This document shows, piece after piece, positions 1 through 13,414 of a stretch of 64,000 nt of DNA (its first letter is position 1; every line of letters starts with the position of its first letter). Under the pieces are notes generated by a model that saw nothing but the letters and a program-made list of their open reading frames with translations, made no database searches and was not told where the DNA came from. Source of the DNA: Tricharina praecox (lineage: Eukaryota); contig NW_026250430.1 of the NCBI RefSeq assembly GCF_024521635.1, forward strand, positions 372,001 to 436,000, written 5' to 3'. The translations under genes and the position numbers were made by a program.

Positions 1-1360
1 GCCGAGAGAAACCGTGTCAGCCCAGCCAAGGCCTCGTGTAACTAGGTGGTCCACCAATGCTCACCCGATACTTCCAGCCGGTGTAGCCCGACTCGGAGAG
101 AGTGTTTTCGTCGAGAGGTGAGATGGATGCATCCTCAATCGTCCCGATCGTGTTGATCGTCCCGCCGGCTTGTTTCGCCGTCTCGTTACCGGTGATATAC
201 GCGAATATCACTACGCGAGCGGATCAGCATCCCCGCGATCAAGCCTTAGTAGAGAGGAAGGAGGTAGTCATCGTACTGTCGCCGTACAGATGCGCCACAT
301 AGTCCTCCTGCCACGCCGCCGGTGGCGTTGCCTTCGCAGTGTCGGGGTAGTAGTGGTCAAGCATCGTCACGTTTACCTTGCCCGACAGGGTGAATTCGGC
401 GTCTTCGCTTTCGTGGTTGAATGTCAGACCGAGGATTGCGACGGTGACTTGTGCTCCCTGCGAACCGGATGAGCACCATAACATGCATGAAAGACCGGAG
501 CCGCCCAGCTTACAAGGCCCAAACAAATCCAGTTCGTCAGGATGAATACCCGCTTGGGATTTCTCTTCCATAGTCCGAGTAGCTTGACCGCCTTCTGATA
601 ACTCGAGATACTGAGAAGTAGATCCATCTGGGAGGGGGAAGCGCACATCATCCATCAGTTGCCGCATCGAGATATTCCGGATCGAGGCTTCGACCCACCT
701 CTCGTGCAGTCCATTTCCCCCGCGCCAGAATACTCCATTTCATCATATCGGCCATCGATTTCAACGCATTCTAGTAAACGAGTAAGTACCGTCGTCAGCA
801 TCACTAAAACACACACACCACCCGTCACCGGGGCAACCACGTACCACCATATTCATACTGATAAATAGCGACAAGCCCAGAAACAACCCGTTGAAAATCC
901 TCTTCTCGAACTGGGTCAAGATGCCATCGGCCTCGTAATACTTGAACATGACGACCATCAGCGAGCAAAAGAGGAAATTGAGGACCCATCGGGCGATCAG
1001 GCGCTGTGCGAGCTTCCGCAGCTGCTTTAGCGGGCGATAGTTGTGCCCGAGCTTCTTCTGCCCGGGCCGGGCTATGGTCGAGTAGCGCGTCTGCAGTGTT
1101 GCGTGCGCGAACGACGCAATCGGGCCGTCCGCGTCCAACGCTACCGTGTCCACGGTGTGCGGCCCCTTTTCGAGGCCTTCGGGATCGGGCCCGCGAGAGA
1201 TTGATGCGTACGCTGCTTGTCGTGATGCGCTGTTGTTGTTCTCGATTTCGTCGTCGGATTCGGAGGCCGACGAGTAGTGCGGCGGGATGTGCGGTGCGTT
1301 CTCGAAGTGTATCTCTGCTGCATTTGCGCCTTGCACAGGGTGGTACTCGTTGTGCGACAT
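1..1360 (-). CDS. Multi-exon fungal membrane protein of unknown function (3' end runs off the window)
   Basis: The ATG at 1360 starts MSHNEYHPVQG..., followed by hydrophobic segments (RWVLNFLFCSLMVVMF; IFNGLFLGLSLFISMNMV). Canonical GT..AG introns join the exons NALKSMADMMKWSILARGKWTARE / MDLLLSISSYQKAVKLL...WICLGL / GAQVTVAILGLTFNHES... Confidence 0.7.
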
Positions 1361-3769
1361 CGCTGTAGCGGCGCGTCTGGGGACTGCCGATGTGGCTGTC
1401 TGGACACTGTACTCTAGCTGTTCGGAGCTGGGCCGGACGTCAATTATTATCTCGTCGGACGAGTGCAAATAGCGATGGCAGAGGCGGCGGGGGAGAGTGG
1501 GGAGAGGGGATCCGTGAAGCAGCCGCTTCTTCAATCTCGTGGGATACAATACTGGAGGGTGAAGAGGAAGAGGAGAAGAAGTAGCAAAGCAATGCGAACA
1601 GTGAACAGGACCGACACCGGGGGCTTTACAGCTGAAAAAAGTAGCATAAGCCACTACCCACTGCACTGGGACGAATCAAACGAGTCTCCACCAGGCAGCC
1701 ACTCTTCGTGAGCACATATAGTACTATCGGGCCCCATCCCTGACCGATCGCCAGCAATTGACCGACCGACTACATACCGCCCCCCGCCCCGCCAGCGCCG
1801 GTCAACGTTGCAGGACTCACTCCCCCGGAGCAGAGCAGGAAACGACGGAAGCTACAGCTAACTAATTATCAAAAGACGTCGCAAAAAAATCGATGCTGGC
1901 TTGTTTACCCAGTCGCCAGTGTAGGATCATGGTCCTGGTCCATGGTCCATCAAATTCAATGCTGACCGTCTATTTTAAGCTCCGCCATGGCACATGCGGA
2001 CGGGGCTTGTTTTGTGTTGGAGTCCACACGTTCCACGGGCATCAGCACCGCTCCCAAGACTTCTGCCCCTCGGGCAACAGCGGCCTCCACCATCAGGTAA
2101 CTACTAGTTAGTTAGCCTACTGAGTTATCGATTCCGCATGGCCAGCTAACTACCCCGCACCTTGCGCCACAAACCACTCGAAACGGCGAGACACTCTTGC
2201 GGGCGCCTTTAGGCCCTTAGGCCTTCGCATCAGCTTTCTTTTGTGATTTCCAGTTTTCAGCCCCAGTCCGCCACCTTCATGTTCGACTGATCCAGCTCCC
2301 AGCGCTCGGAAAGCCGAAGCGAGATTAATTGCCCAGCAGGAGAATTCCCGGTGGAATCGCCCTGCCCTGCAAGGCGTTCCCGCCACGAGTCCACGACCGT
2401 CCCGAGGACACTACTGAATAACACTTACTAACAAATTAAATAAGTAGGTGCTTATTTGATACTTCAAGTAGAGTAACAAATGGTAGTTATCTATCCGCGA
2501 ACGAGACCCTGACACGAGGACCATGGATTTCACGGTCGCGGTCCAGAGTACTACTAGTATAGCAAGTAAGTACAGGTATGTATAGTAATAGTACAGTCCC
2601 TTCAGGCCCGCCGCCAGAATTTACCTGATCCAACGGCGTGCGGCGGTTTCGACCTCAATAATATGCCAAGTGTCGGGGGTGCGGCTGGGGCGCAGTAATA
2701 CTGTAATAACTAGTAGTAGATAAGAGTAGAGCTTTAACCAAGTACTTGCTTGGCTACCTATATGAAGGTGCTTCCCTTCCGCGTGTTCTTGCGCTCTGGG
2801 TGTTGTATGCAACTTGTACATAACTTGTCCACCTTGCGGGCCGACCGGTGCACGTCGTGGAGCGCGTCATAAGATATCACGTCGCGCCCGCCGCCGGGCC
2901 GTGGGACGTTGGAGAAAAAACATTGACTTGGTAGACAATTGTCCTCGTACCCGGATGTTTGTACGCTCTGCTGGCTTCACGCACTGTGGTTAGTCTGCGG
3001 ACTTTGGGTTGGCGGGATAAGTTGCTTCATCGCGAGCGGTCAACACATGTCTACTTCTTTCGGCTGTCCAGACTAACTGCACAATGTAAACTACCTCGTG
3101 GCGAAACATCGGAGTAATTGGGATTACCGAAGCTGGGCCCACAGTCACAGTAACAGTCCACCGACTGTAGTTGGAGTGCCCTGCGTATGCACCGACCTCG
3201 TGTGTATAGAGTGTTATCAACAGGGGAAGGAACCGGTTCCTGTCAAATCCATGTGTGTGCGTCAACTCCGAGTGGGATGAGGCGGCGACGTAATAACGTT
3301 ACCGGTATGCGGATGCGGTAACTATTTAAGTAAAATCAATGTTCCGAAGGCTGGCTGTACCGAAAAGCGTTTATCGAATCATCGCGGGTGATGTGTACCT
3401 CACGGGTACTCTTGCGGCGGGTGGGTACTCTACACATCCTGTCACTCACCTCCGCGCCTCCGTCTGACCGCCGGCGAGAGTAAGGATACTCTAGGAAACG
3501 TATCTCTGTCGGGCACTCGGTGTCATATAAGTCAGTAAAAAAATTGACCGGGAGGCATCGAGCACACCTCCGCGACGGAGTTGGGAATGTGGAATACCGT
3601 AGCCTCCAGTGATCGGAGTACCTCGCCATGGTGAGACGGATGAGGGATCTCAGAAGGCAGAAGGCAGAAGGGAAGCGTAAACAGAAAAGGACGGAGAAGA
3701 AAGTGAAGAAAGGGAATTATCGGAAGGGGAGAAGCGTCCCGTTCTGAGCGGATCAAGCTGGGGGGAGCA

Positions 3770-4622
3770 GCGGCGTCTACCGTAGGTATGTGACCCTCTT
3801 CGTCGGCGAAAACGGGGACGCCGGGCTGCGCAAACCAAAGACGAAGGGCTCAGTGGAGGTGAGAGGATGTGGTAAGAGAAAAACAGCGGGCACGTAAGCT
3901 CATATCACTCTTTACGTGTGACAGCCTATGCGGCGGGCAGGGGGGATTGTCCCAGCACTCGACTCTCGCCGGTCAAGTAATTCCAATACTTAGAGCAAGC
4001 ATCTCTGGTGCGTCAATGCTACATATGATGATTGGACAACAACAAAAGGCGTGCCTGGCGCGGCAATGCTACAATGATTAAACAAAAAGAAAAAAGAAAA
4101 AGCATATCTCGCGCGTCGGACTTGCCGACCGGCGCCAATTGGTAGTCTCTAATTTACCAAGGTATTTCACTCGTCTGCCGGCCACACACACGACCAACTA
4201 TCCAGTGTTCACAAACATAAGCGGTAACTATGTCGGATCAGATTCAATACAAGATTCCTTCAGATTCCCGTCGCGAATCCTCGCAAGATCCCATCGATCG
4301 CCTCTACTATAGGTACCGGTAGAGTAGTTACGGGGTGTCCCGGGAACCGGTTCCAAATTCCAAATTCAAACCATCCCGATCTACCTATTGATATCTCAGG
4401 GTGTGTACTACATATGTAGAGTACAGAGTACGGGTTGCAGTCGAGTCGGCTACATAGCCACGGCCGTCGGCCGATCGACCTGACGACTTCTCGGCGGCGT
4501 TTAACGATACCGTGGGCGTGTGCAGTGTGCACTACCTACTACCTAGTAGGTATCTAAACGAGCGGCAAGAATAAATGCGGATCCGCACGGCGGCGGCGGG
4601 GGACTTGACTGCGCGAGGTAGT
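3770..4622. repeat. Left arm of a diverged inverted repeat (partner at ~6737-7800)
   Basis: The reverse complement aligns colinearly with 6737-7800. Examples: gacttctcggcggcgtttaacgatacc vs ggtatcgttaaacgccgccgagaagtc; atttcactcgtc..gaccaactatccag vs ctggatagttggtc..gacgagtgaaat. Confidence 0.85.
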
Positions 4623-4971
4623 ACCGTACCTGAGTACCAGTACTTTATGTATGTACACGAGTGAGTAGATTATTTAGTAGAGACAAGACAGGTCGGTCCT
4701 CGGGGTCTTGAGTTTTGGTCAGATTCCGTGCTCGTGAAAAGTGAAGTGAACCGACATGTATTTGCCTTATGTATTTTTTCAAAACATAGCACAGCTATCC
4801 ATTACATGCTCGAGTAGAAACATCTATCAATGCCACAATCGAGCCCTCATCCTCCCCGGAAGGAAGAAAAAACAAATTAAAAATGCACCCAAAACAAAAC
4901 CCCCGCTATGCAAAAACCGTCTCAAGACCAAAAGCCACCCCCTCCCCACCCCCACCCCCTCTTTCCTTAGC

Positions 4972-5781
4972 CTACGCGTCCCCCGTGGCCGCTGCCTTCC
5001 TCCCAACCATCCCCCTCTGCTTCTCCGCCTTCCAAATAAACGCGACCATGACGGCACTAAAAACAAAAAGTATCGTGAGCGCGATTCCAAAGCCCCACAC
5101 AGCCTTCATCATGACACAGTCGCCCTCACCGCCGGCGTGCAGCCAGCCCTCGTAACCCACGTCCTGTGGCGCGTACTGCTGCTGTTGCTGCCGCTTTGAG
5201 ATCGTGTACGTGTTCCCGTCGCTGCCGAGGACCTTTGCGCTGCCGCCCGGGACGAGTGTGGCGACTACTGTGGCCGCGGTGTTGGCCAGTGTTGCCGTGG
5301 TCGTGGTGTACACCGTCGCGGCGGCGGCCGCAGCGGTGTATGGTGTTACGGCGGCGGGGGTGAACACTGCTGCCGTCACCGCTGCAAGGGTGGGCGTTGG
5401 CGTGGCCGCCCCGGCGGCGAGGGTCTCAGCGAGCGCGCCGACCCCACCGGTCGCCGCCTTACAGCTGAGGTAGCTTAGCGGCTTGCCGATGATGATGGCG
5501 CTGATCATGCAAGCGAGGAAGAACAGGCCGTCGAGGGCGGCGGTGGGCAGGAGCGGCAGCTGGTTGTCCCAGTATAGGAGGAGCGTGGTCACGCAGTAGA
5601 GTACGGCGAAGCAGACGACGGAGAGAACGCCGATTAGAGGCGCAGGAGGGGATTGCTGAGAGTCGATTATAGAGCTGATGAATTTCGCGGAGAGCGAGAG
5701 TGAGATCAACAGGCTCGTTAGCTGCAGCGCTCGTGTGCCCAGGAAGGCAAGGCCGACGGCGCCGTGCGTGGGGAGGGGCAT
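4972..5781 (-). CDS. MARVEL-domain-like four-TM membrane protein with an Ala/Thr-rich extracellular loop
   Basis: Intronless ORF MPLPTHGAVGLAFLGTRALQLTSLL.. with 4 hydrophobic helices. GKPLSYLSC and C..MKAVWGFGIAL motifs resemble fungal MARVEL proteins. Confidence 0.75.
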   Translation of the reverse strand: MPLPTHGAVGLAFLGTRALQLTSLLISLSLSAKFISSIIDSQQSPPAPLIGVLSVVCFAVLYCVTTLLLYWDNQLPLLPTAALDGLFFLACMISAIIIGKPLSYLSCKAATGGVGALAETLAAGAATPTPTLAAVTAAVFTPAAVTPYTAAAAAATVYTTTTATLANTAATVVATLVPGGSAKVLGSDGNTYTISKRQQQQQYAPQDVGYEGWLHAGGEGDCVMMKAVWGFGIALTILFVFSAVMVAFIWKAEKQRGMVGRKAAATGDA

Positions 5782-6654
5782 CGTGGTGGGAAGAGTGGGA
5801 GGGGGGGAGGGAAGGGCGGTAGAGGATGGAAAGACTGGCTTTTCGTCGTGAGGGTGATCGAGACTGGCTGATCTGGAGATGAAGATGAAGATGAAGAACG
5901 TATCAAACGAACGAAGTGAAGAAATGAACAAGAAGGAGAAGAAGAGAAGAAGAAAAAAAGGAACAAAAAAGGAAACGAAGCAAAGAGAACTCGTCAGACT
6001 GTGCTGTGTGTATGTGTGTGTGTTGGATAGGAAGGAAAGAAAAGGGCCTGATACACGGAGGAGCAGGAACTGTTATATACACCACGAATCTCCATTCCAT
6101 TCCAGTCCCCTATCTACTAACTATCTGGATATCCACCTCCATCTCAGAGCATACATCTCAGATATCTCAGGAAATTATTTTTAACCCACGCCCGCCCGCT
6201 CAAGCTCGATTCCCAGTATCAGTTTCAGTTTTCAGCGATCTCCCGCCTTCGCCGCCGCCGTTCACCCCATTCCATTCCATTCAAGCCGAGTTTCAGACTG
6301 GATCATAACCGTTCGACAGTCCGACAGTCCGACTGGTTGGTTGGCTATGAACGTTCAATGGCATGTTTGAGGGTAGGCAAGTAGGTATTCGATATCGACC
6401 AGCATTGATGGATGGATGATAGGCGCCTGGAGGCTGGCCTAGTTACCGCGCAACCCTGCGCTGTGGGTGTGCGTGTGTGTTACAGAAGACGTCCGTGCTG
6501 GCCAATCACAGCACCCGCTCGGGCCTTCGCGGTTGCTTCTAAATGTAAACCGCGCCGTACCAGCGTTTGAGAAAATTGGGTGTGGAAATCAAATTCACGT
6601 GTAGGGCACACGCGTTGGATACCTACATGTGTACGGACGCGACAACCGGTTCCC

Positions 6655-6740
6655 AGGCCGGTATCCATAGTAACAGGTATCCATATTAACAGGTATCCAT
6701 AGTAACAGGTATCCATAGCAATAGGTATCCATAGTAACTA
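6655..6740. repeat. Short tandem repeat (aggtatccatagtaac-like, ~5 copies)
   Basis: Directly visible; it abuts the right arm of the inverted repeat. Confidence 0.8.
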
Positions 6741-7800
6741 CGCGAAGTCTCCGCCGCGGCCGTGCGGATCCGCATTTACGTATTCCTGCTTGCCGCTCGT
6801 GTAGATACCTCCTACTACCTACGAACTACCTAGTAGTGCACACGCCCAGGGTATCGTTAAACGCCGCCGAGAAGTCGATTGACCGACGGCCGACGGCTGT
6901 GGCTAGCCGACTCGACTGCGAGACTGCAACCTGTAGAGTACATATAGAGATATCAATATATCAATAGATCCGGATGGTTGGACCTTGGAACTGGGGACTT
7001 GGAACCGGTTCTTGGGACTCCCGTCACCAAGTATGTACTCTATGTATAGTAGAGGCGATCGATTAGATCTTGCGAGGATTCCATGGGAATCCGAAGGAAT
7101 CTGGAGGAATCTTGTAGGTATTCAATCTGGGATTCTGGGTCGAGTTGTGGTGGAAGTTGGAGGGCGGTTCCTCAGCTATGGGTATCTACCGCTTATGTTC
7201 GCGGACGCTGGATAGTTGGTCGCGTGTGTGCCCGGCGGACGAGTGAAATATGTAGATACTGTAGGTAAATTTCCTATGTAGAGGCCACCAACTAAGCGCC
7301 TACCTGCCGGCAAGCCCGCCGCGCCTGGCCAGACATGCTGATTGTTTGTTGTTTCTGTTCAATCATCATAGCATTGACGCGCCAGGTATGCTCTTTGTTT
7401 TTTGTTTTTGTTTCTGTCCAATCATCAATCATCAGATCATCATATGTAGACAGTAGCATTGACACACCACACCACACCATACATTCCCGCTTGCCCTCTA
7501 CTATGTAGTATTAGGATTGCTCTTCCTCGATCAGCTCAGTCGATTCAAGTCGAGTGCTGTGACCGCGCTGGTCAGTGGCCATCCATCATCAGAATATCTA
7601 GATTCCAAGCAGCGGTCCTCTTCCAAGTTCCCACCTCTTCCCACCTCTTCCCACCTCCTCCCACCTCCACTCACCCCCAGTGTTCACTGCACCGAGCCTT
7701 TCTTCTTTAGTTTGTATACCTTGCGCGGCCTAGCGTCCGTTTCCGCCGATGAAGACAGTCACTCTGTTTGGGATGACACTTGATGACGCAGGCTGCTCGC
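6737..7800. repeat. Right arm of a diverged inverted repeat (partner at ~3770-4622)
   Basis: See the left arm. This arm carries several small insertions and micro-duplications relative to it. Confidence 0.85.
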
Positions 7801-8377
7801 GAGTCCAGGACTCCAGGTAGTGTTGGCAGTTCACGGCTCTCAGTTACATGGACATGTATTCTTCACTCGGCCCAAAAATTCCAATTTCCATCATGTTTTT
7901 CTCGTCTCGATTACCATCCCACCCCTTCCCTTTGGCCATCCCCGCCGTTCACCGTATCCTCCGCCTCACTCTTTCACCATATCCTCCATCACCCCCATCA
8001 CACTCAATCACCCCGTCACCCCCGTCATCTAACCCAAATCCCGGTATCCAAACACATCACTTCACATCACATATCCGCAACATCGCCATCGCTACCACCA
8101 CCGCCATCATCACAGCACAGAGAGAGAGACACACAGAGACACAGAAACATAGACCGACACATAGACAGACACATAGACAGCCAGACACACAGCCAGACAC
8201 ATAGACATAAGCACACAGATACACAGATACACAGTAGCCAAATCTCAAAAAAAAAAAAAAAACATTAAGCAAACGCACGCACGCACGCACGCAAGCACGT
8301 ACCGCTACAAACCGGAACACAAGGTATATCCGCTATACACATTCCCCCTACATCCCCGCTCCCCCTCCTTCCAGCAC

Positions 8378-10669
8378 TTACAGCCTATGCCCGCTCCTCT
8401 CCCTCTCCCTCTCGGCCTTATCCTCCGCGCCAAAGACGAGCACAGCGTCCCAGGCGCTCTCCTTCTCCGTGGCACCACCGATCTTCCCATCAACAAGCCC
8501 TGCGCGCTCCGTAACCCAGCGTCTCGCCGCCTCCACAGCTGCGCCATCGCCATCGCGTCTCGCGTCAACAAGCAGCATAGTGCCCACAACGACCCAGGCG
8601 AGTCTCCACAGGATGCGCCTGCCGGCACCAACGAGCTCCTCGCGGCTGCCGCCCTCGATCAGGTGCTCGAGCGCCTCCCACTCGGTCCAGATGGCGAGCT
8701 TGCAGCGCTCGAGGACGTCACCGGCGTCGCCCTGGAAGCCGCCCGACTGCTCGCCGAGGTTCTCGCGCAGGAACTCGCCCATCAGCGCGTATGTGCGCTC
8801 TTCGCGCCCATCGGGGGACGGGCGCTTCAGTGACATAACCAGGTCCGTGATGAGCACGTCCGTGGTGCCCTCCCACACAGAGAGGACTTGCGCGTCGCGC
8901 AGGAGCCGCGCTAGGTTCAATGGCTCTTCGTTCTCGAGGAGCCCGATTCCGCCGAGCGCTTCGACCGTCTCCGAGAGGACGGAGATGGACAGCTTGGTGG
9001 TCACCGCTTTGGTGAGCGGCGTCAGTAACCGCAGGAGCTTGTGTGCCGATTGTGGAGGGACGTAGATCGAGGAGACGGGCGTGGTGGCTGCATTCTCCGA
9101 GAGCGAGAGGAGGTACACGTTCAAGAAGGCGAGATGCGTGGCCGCGCGCGTCAACAACTCCATGTGCGCGAGCGTGCGGATGTGCATAGGCGTCGTGCGG
9201 AGGAGGCGCCCACCAGAGATTTGGCGGACTTGCGAGTATGCCTATGGGGTCTACATTAACACGGAGAGAAGAGAAAATGGAAAAAATAACACACCTTAGC
9301 AACCGAAAGCGCTCGTCGCATGAAGCTCACGGCACAAACAGAGTTGTGCACACGTGTGATGCCCAGGATGGTGGAAATCTCACGGATACCATCACCCTCC
9401 TGACCGATCAACCAGGCGCGCATGCCCTTGAGCTCAATCTCCGCCGAGGGCAACGCTCGGGTTCCCGCCTTAGGCGTCAGTCGAGTGATCTTAACACCGT
9501 TGTTGTCGCCGCTGGGCGTCTTCATCGGCGCATAGAAAGCCGACAGCTTTTTGCTGCCCTCGGTGCGGGCAAGGAGAATCGTCATGTCCGAGTCGGTAGC
9601 CGACGAAAAGAACTTGTGACCATTGACGACCCACGGTCCCATCTCCTGCTCCGGCCTGTCAGCCATCGGCCCCGAGAAAGGCTTGTAGGCTGCTGTGGTC
9701 TCGGTACGCGCGTCCTGCTGCCCGCCCGGACGTTCCGTCATCCATTGGCCGCTGGTCCAGCGGATGTTGGGGAACCGCGAGATGAGGCGGTTGTAAGCGC
9801 GCTTGAAAACACGTCGTGAAGTCTCGGCCTCGCGTTCGTCCTCGGTCAATGTGACGGCGGTGAAGTCGAGCGCTTGCGTCTGCGGAGCGGGCCGGGGCGA
9901 CACCAGATGACGTTGGAGCAGGCGGGCGGCGCCGTCGGACATGGCGAAGGGACAGGTCACGAGGGCTGACGACGGGCAGAAGATGTAGTAGCTATTTTCC
10001 AGCGTCAGCAGTGGGCAGAGAGTTGTTGGGTACTACGTGCTCGTGTACCGTGCAAACTGTCCGATGCGACCCAGCTCTCCTCCGTATCCCTCGGCGACAC
10101 ATCCTTCCTTCGCGCCGATCTCGAGTAGCCTCCTCCAACCTTCAGAGGTACGCAGTTCGGTGTTTTCGGTGTGCTGTCCAAACGCGTCGGGCGGTGTCGA
10201 CACCAATTTCGAGGGATTCCGCTCCGCATCTTCGAGGTAGCGCAGCATCGGAGTACCAACCACCGCGTCGCCCAGAACCGCGAGGTCATGGTAGAGAGGC
10301 CCGTTGATTTCGGGGGCGATGTAGACTAGAAGAGGAACGATCAGTCTCCCGTTCGACTCGACGCGAAACACAACACACGTGCAACGTACGAGCGAGCACA
10401 CGCCTGAGAGCAATGTCGGCCACGAATTGGTTTCCCAGCTTGGGCGGCCCCTGCAATGCGCCTTTCTCAGCCGAGGCATGGCGGTTGTGTTGGTTGTTGT
10501 GCTGCGGGCGATGGTGCGATGTTTCTTGGTGCGAGCTGTGGCTGCCACGACGGCGCATCGATGTGTGGTGAGGAGCGGGATCTCGTGGAGGATCCTGTAG
10601 CGACGAGGGGGGGTAGTAGCTGTCGCCATTGCTCGACGGTGGGGGATAGGAGCTGCGGTGGGACGTCAT
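8378..10669 (-). CDS. Acyl-CoA dehydrogenase family protein (AidB-like), 4 exons
   Basis: Motifs TCPFAMSDGAA, WTSGQWMTERPGG, VNGHKFFSSAT, KAGTRALPSAEIEL, EALGGIG, RLLRDAQVLSVWEGTTDV. Introns lie at ~10326-10389, ~9993-10047 and ~9245-9295. Confidence 0.92.
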
Positions 10670-13330
10670 GATTGGTACGCTTTGGGGGTGGTGGTTTAGG
10701 TTGACGGCAACGTTCGGGATTGGCGAGGAGTGTTTTCGAGGGGGGATGGGGATATGTAGATAAATAGCAGAACGATGTGGGCCGAGCAGACAGGATCGAG
10801 AGGTCCCAGTTGAGCGGTCGACCACGTCAGGTAAGTACTCTTGGTGCTTTTGTATCGGTGTAGGGTATGTAGCTTTCTTTCCTTTCCGCTAGACCCGTAG
10901 CTAGAGTACCCGCACTGACGGTGATCCTTACCTGCCCGCTTGTCGCCAACGGAAGCGGTCAGGGAGTAGAGGGCGAAGCTCGAGTGGACTGTCTTATTTT
11001 GTTTGTCGGGCCGGCAACAGAGAGCACGGCTAACAAGTGAGGTGGTGAAGTGTGTGGGAAGGGAGGATCGAGAGGAATAGGAGGACTTCGGGAGGGCGGT
11101 GGGGGGGAGGGAATAGCAGATACTTCAGCAAGTTTCTTGCGGGAGGGTTGGGTTGGGGTTGACTGTGGGCTCGTCGGGAAGCGACCAGCTCTCTGGATTG
11201 ACCCACGGTACTGGCCGGTATTCCTGTCCTGTCTCGTGAGGGAGGATGATTCGTGGGAGCGTGGCCAGTGGAGGCGAAGAACAGAGGAGGTTGGGAGCCG
11301 GGGTGGAGGGGATTTGGGCGGCTGTCGATTCGCACGGCCCGCCCAGCGAGCGAACGAAACAGTCTAGGCTGCAATGGAGCAAGTCGGGATGTTGGTTGGT
11401 TGGTGTGATTGGAGCCACGATCATCCGTGCTGGTTGGTACATCGTCGTCTTTGAGACCAACGCCGTCCGTCCATCGCCGTCGCCGCCCATCCGCCGCCGC
11501 CCGCTGCGCGTCTGGCAAGCAGGTACCTCCATGCCCTGATGCGAACGGGCTGCCGAGTTCCGGAATCAGGGCTGCGTAGTTAGCAGTCAGCGACCCACTT
11601 CTCTCGACGGGGACTATGTATGAAGGAATCCCAACTGGAGTTTCATCACGGGGGAAGGATCTCGCAAGAAGACCTCGCCATCCATCTCGGAGGGAGCTGC
11701 ACAGTGACGACGAGGGATGGGGGGGTGGGAGGAGGCGGGAGGAGGGGGGGGGGGGGGGTGGGGGGAGGAGGGGGTGGAGAACCAACTCGGGGACCTGGCT
11801 CCCATGCCCGGCGCTGTGATTCGTGCGATGTTGTGCGACGCGCCTGCATAGATGCATCGCCTCGCAGATTCGCAGCGCCCGCCCACACGAAGAAAGCGCG
11901 TCGTTTCCACTTTTGTTTCGTCTTGCAGGGTTCTCCGCGTCGCCAAATCAGAACTTCCAACGAAGAAGCTGAAAAGAAAGCGCTACGCCGCTACCGACGC
12001 AGACTGCACTCTGCACAGTGAGAGTCGAGACTCAGTCGGAAGACATAACCAAGTATCTTGGAAGTTTGTCCACATGGATCGCGCTCGATTGGACTGGATT
12101 CATGACGGTGCACTCGTTCTTGCTTGCCGAGGTGAGCGGCGCGACGAGGAGCAGCCACTTCACGATCAATGAGTAAACAAAAAAAAGAGGAGCAGTCGCT
12201 TCAGGTAAAACTCTGTAGTTCCCATTCAACCTCAATCATCAATAATCTGTTCGTGTGCGTTGTACATATCAAATTTCCACTGCGGACAAAACCTACATAC
12301 GTGGAATGGCCAGTCGACCACGCACCGCGGGAAGGGAGTCCCCGTACCTGCTTATATAGCTCTCGAATGTTTCCACAAAACCACATATGACACCGGATAC
12401 CAAGTTTTGGTGTCATTTATTCGGCACGGCAACTTGAATTTCGAACCGAACCACAGTGCTCCACCAAGTATCACTCGCCCGTGGGTCTCGAAGGGCGGTG
12501 ATATAAGACTTTGGGCGCATAGCCCTTGATGCAGTGCCTCTCGATATAATACCGTAACGACAAGCGCCATGATCGTTATGATCCGGACACTGGTAATGCA
12601 GCAGTAGTTGTGTCGGCATGACTGGATGAAATACCGATATGTAAGCCCTCTGGAATTGACTTTGCCACGCATATGTAATTCGAATTTCAGCTCATGTAAC
12701 TCATTACATATTTTCCTGCATTGCTCCGATGGCCGCCCGTTTTCTCGGCTGCACGATGACCATTGCCCTTTCCTCCCCGCGTCTCAGCATATCTTTGCGT
12801 GCGGTGATCTTTAGGTACCTAGGCCATGGCTGCATGCAACCTTCCATCGTCTTCCTCTTTCACGAGGCGCCACTCGACTTCCCCGCGCTCCCTCGATGAC
12901 ATCCATCCATAGTATCAACCACTGCATTCGGCAGGCAGGCAGGAACCGTCCCGTTTCACCCCATATATACAAAGTAGTTACCAACGATCGACGCTCCCAC
13001 TCTCCGGCGACGCCGACAGGCCAGCGACGAACAATGAATACCATACCATTTTACTTATGCCCCCCCCCCGCAAACGCAAGCCGGTATTCCGGTCCCTGCC
13101 CCGGCCCAGTAGTACCGACGGAGCAGCCAGACCTCTCCCGCGCGGGGTGTCCGATGATCGCCATGCGGTCCAGGGTTGTCGGCGCGCATACCCGGACCGC
13201 AATTCGGGGGTTAATTAAGCTTGTTTATGTACGACACTTTGACACCAATGGGCTACTCCTGCCTAGGACCTATTAAGGTATGTGGGGTTATGACAATTAT
13301 CCGTTTCATCTATGGACTCGCGAGGATGGA

Positions 13331-13337
13331 TATAAAA
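13331..13337 (+). promoter_or_regulatory. TATA box of the LPMO gene
   Basis: TATAAAA ~80 nt upstream of the ATG at 13415. Confidence 0.5.
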
Positions 13338-13414
13338 CGTCGTGTGTACGCTTTCGAATGGTTTCAGTGATACGTTTCCCACCCACAAACTCGACTCCAG
13401 CACGCACGCCAGAT

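Noticed and set aside
8387..9819. Long plus-strand ORFs overlapping the acyl-CoA dehydrogenase (similar ORFs overlap the RNase II, cupredoxin and ANK regions)
   Set aside because: They are antisense shadows caused by GC3-biased codons or repeats, with no recognisable motifs.
11030..12021. Several 100-275 aa ORFs
   Set aside because: Low-complexity G/C-run-rich sequence with no motif, codon bias or convincing splice structure.
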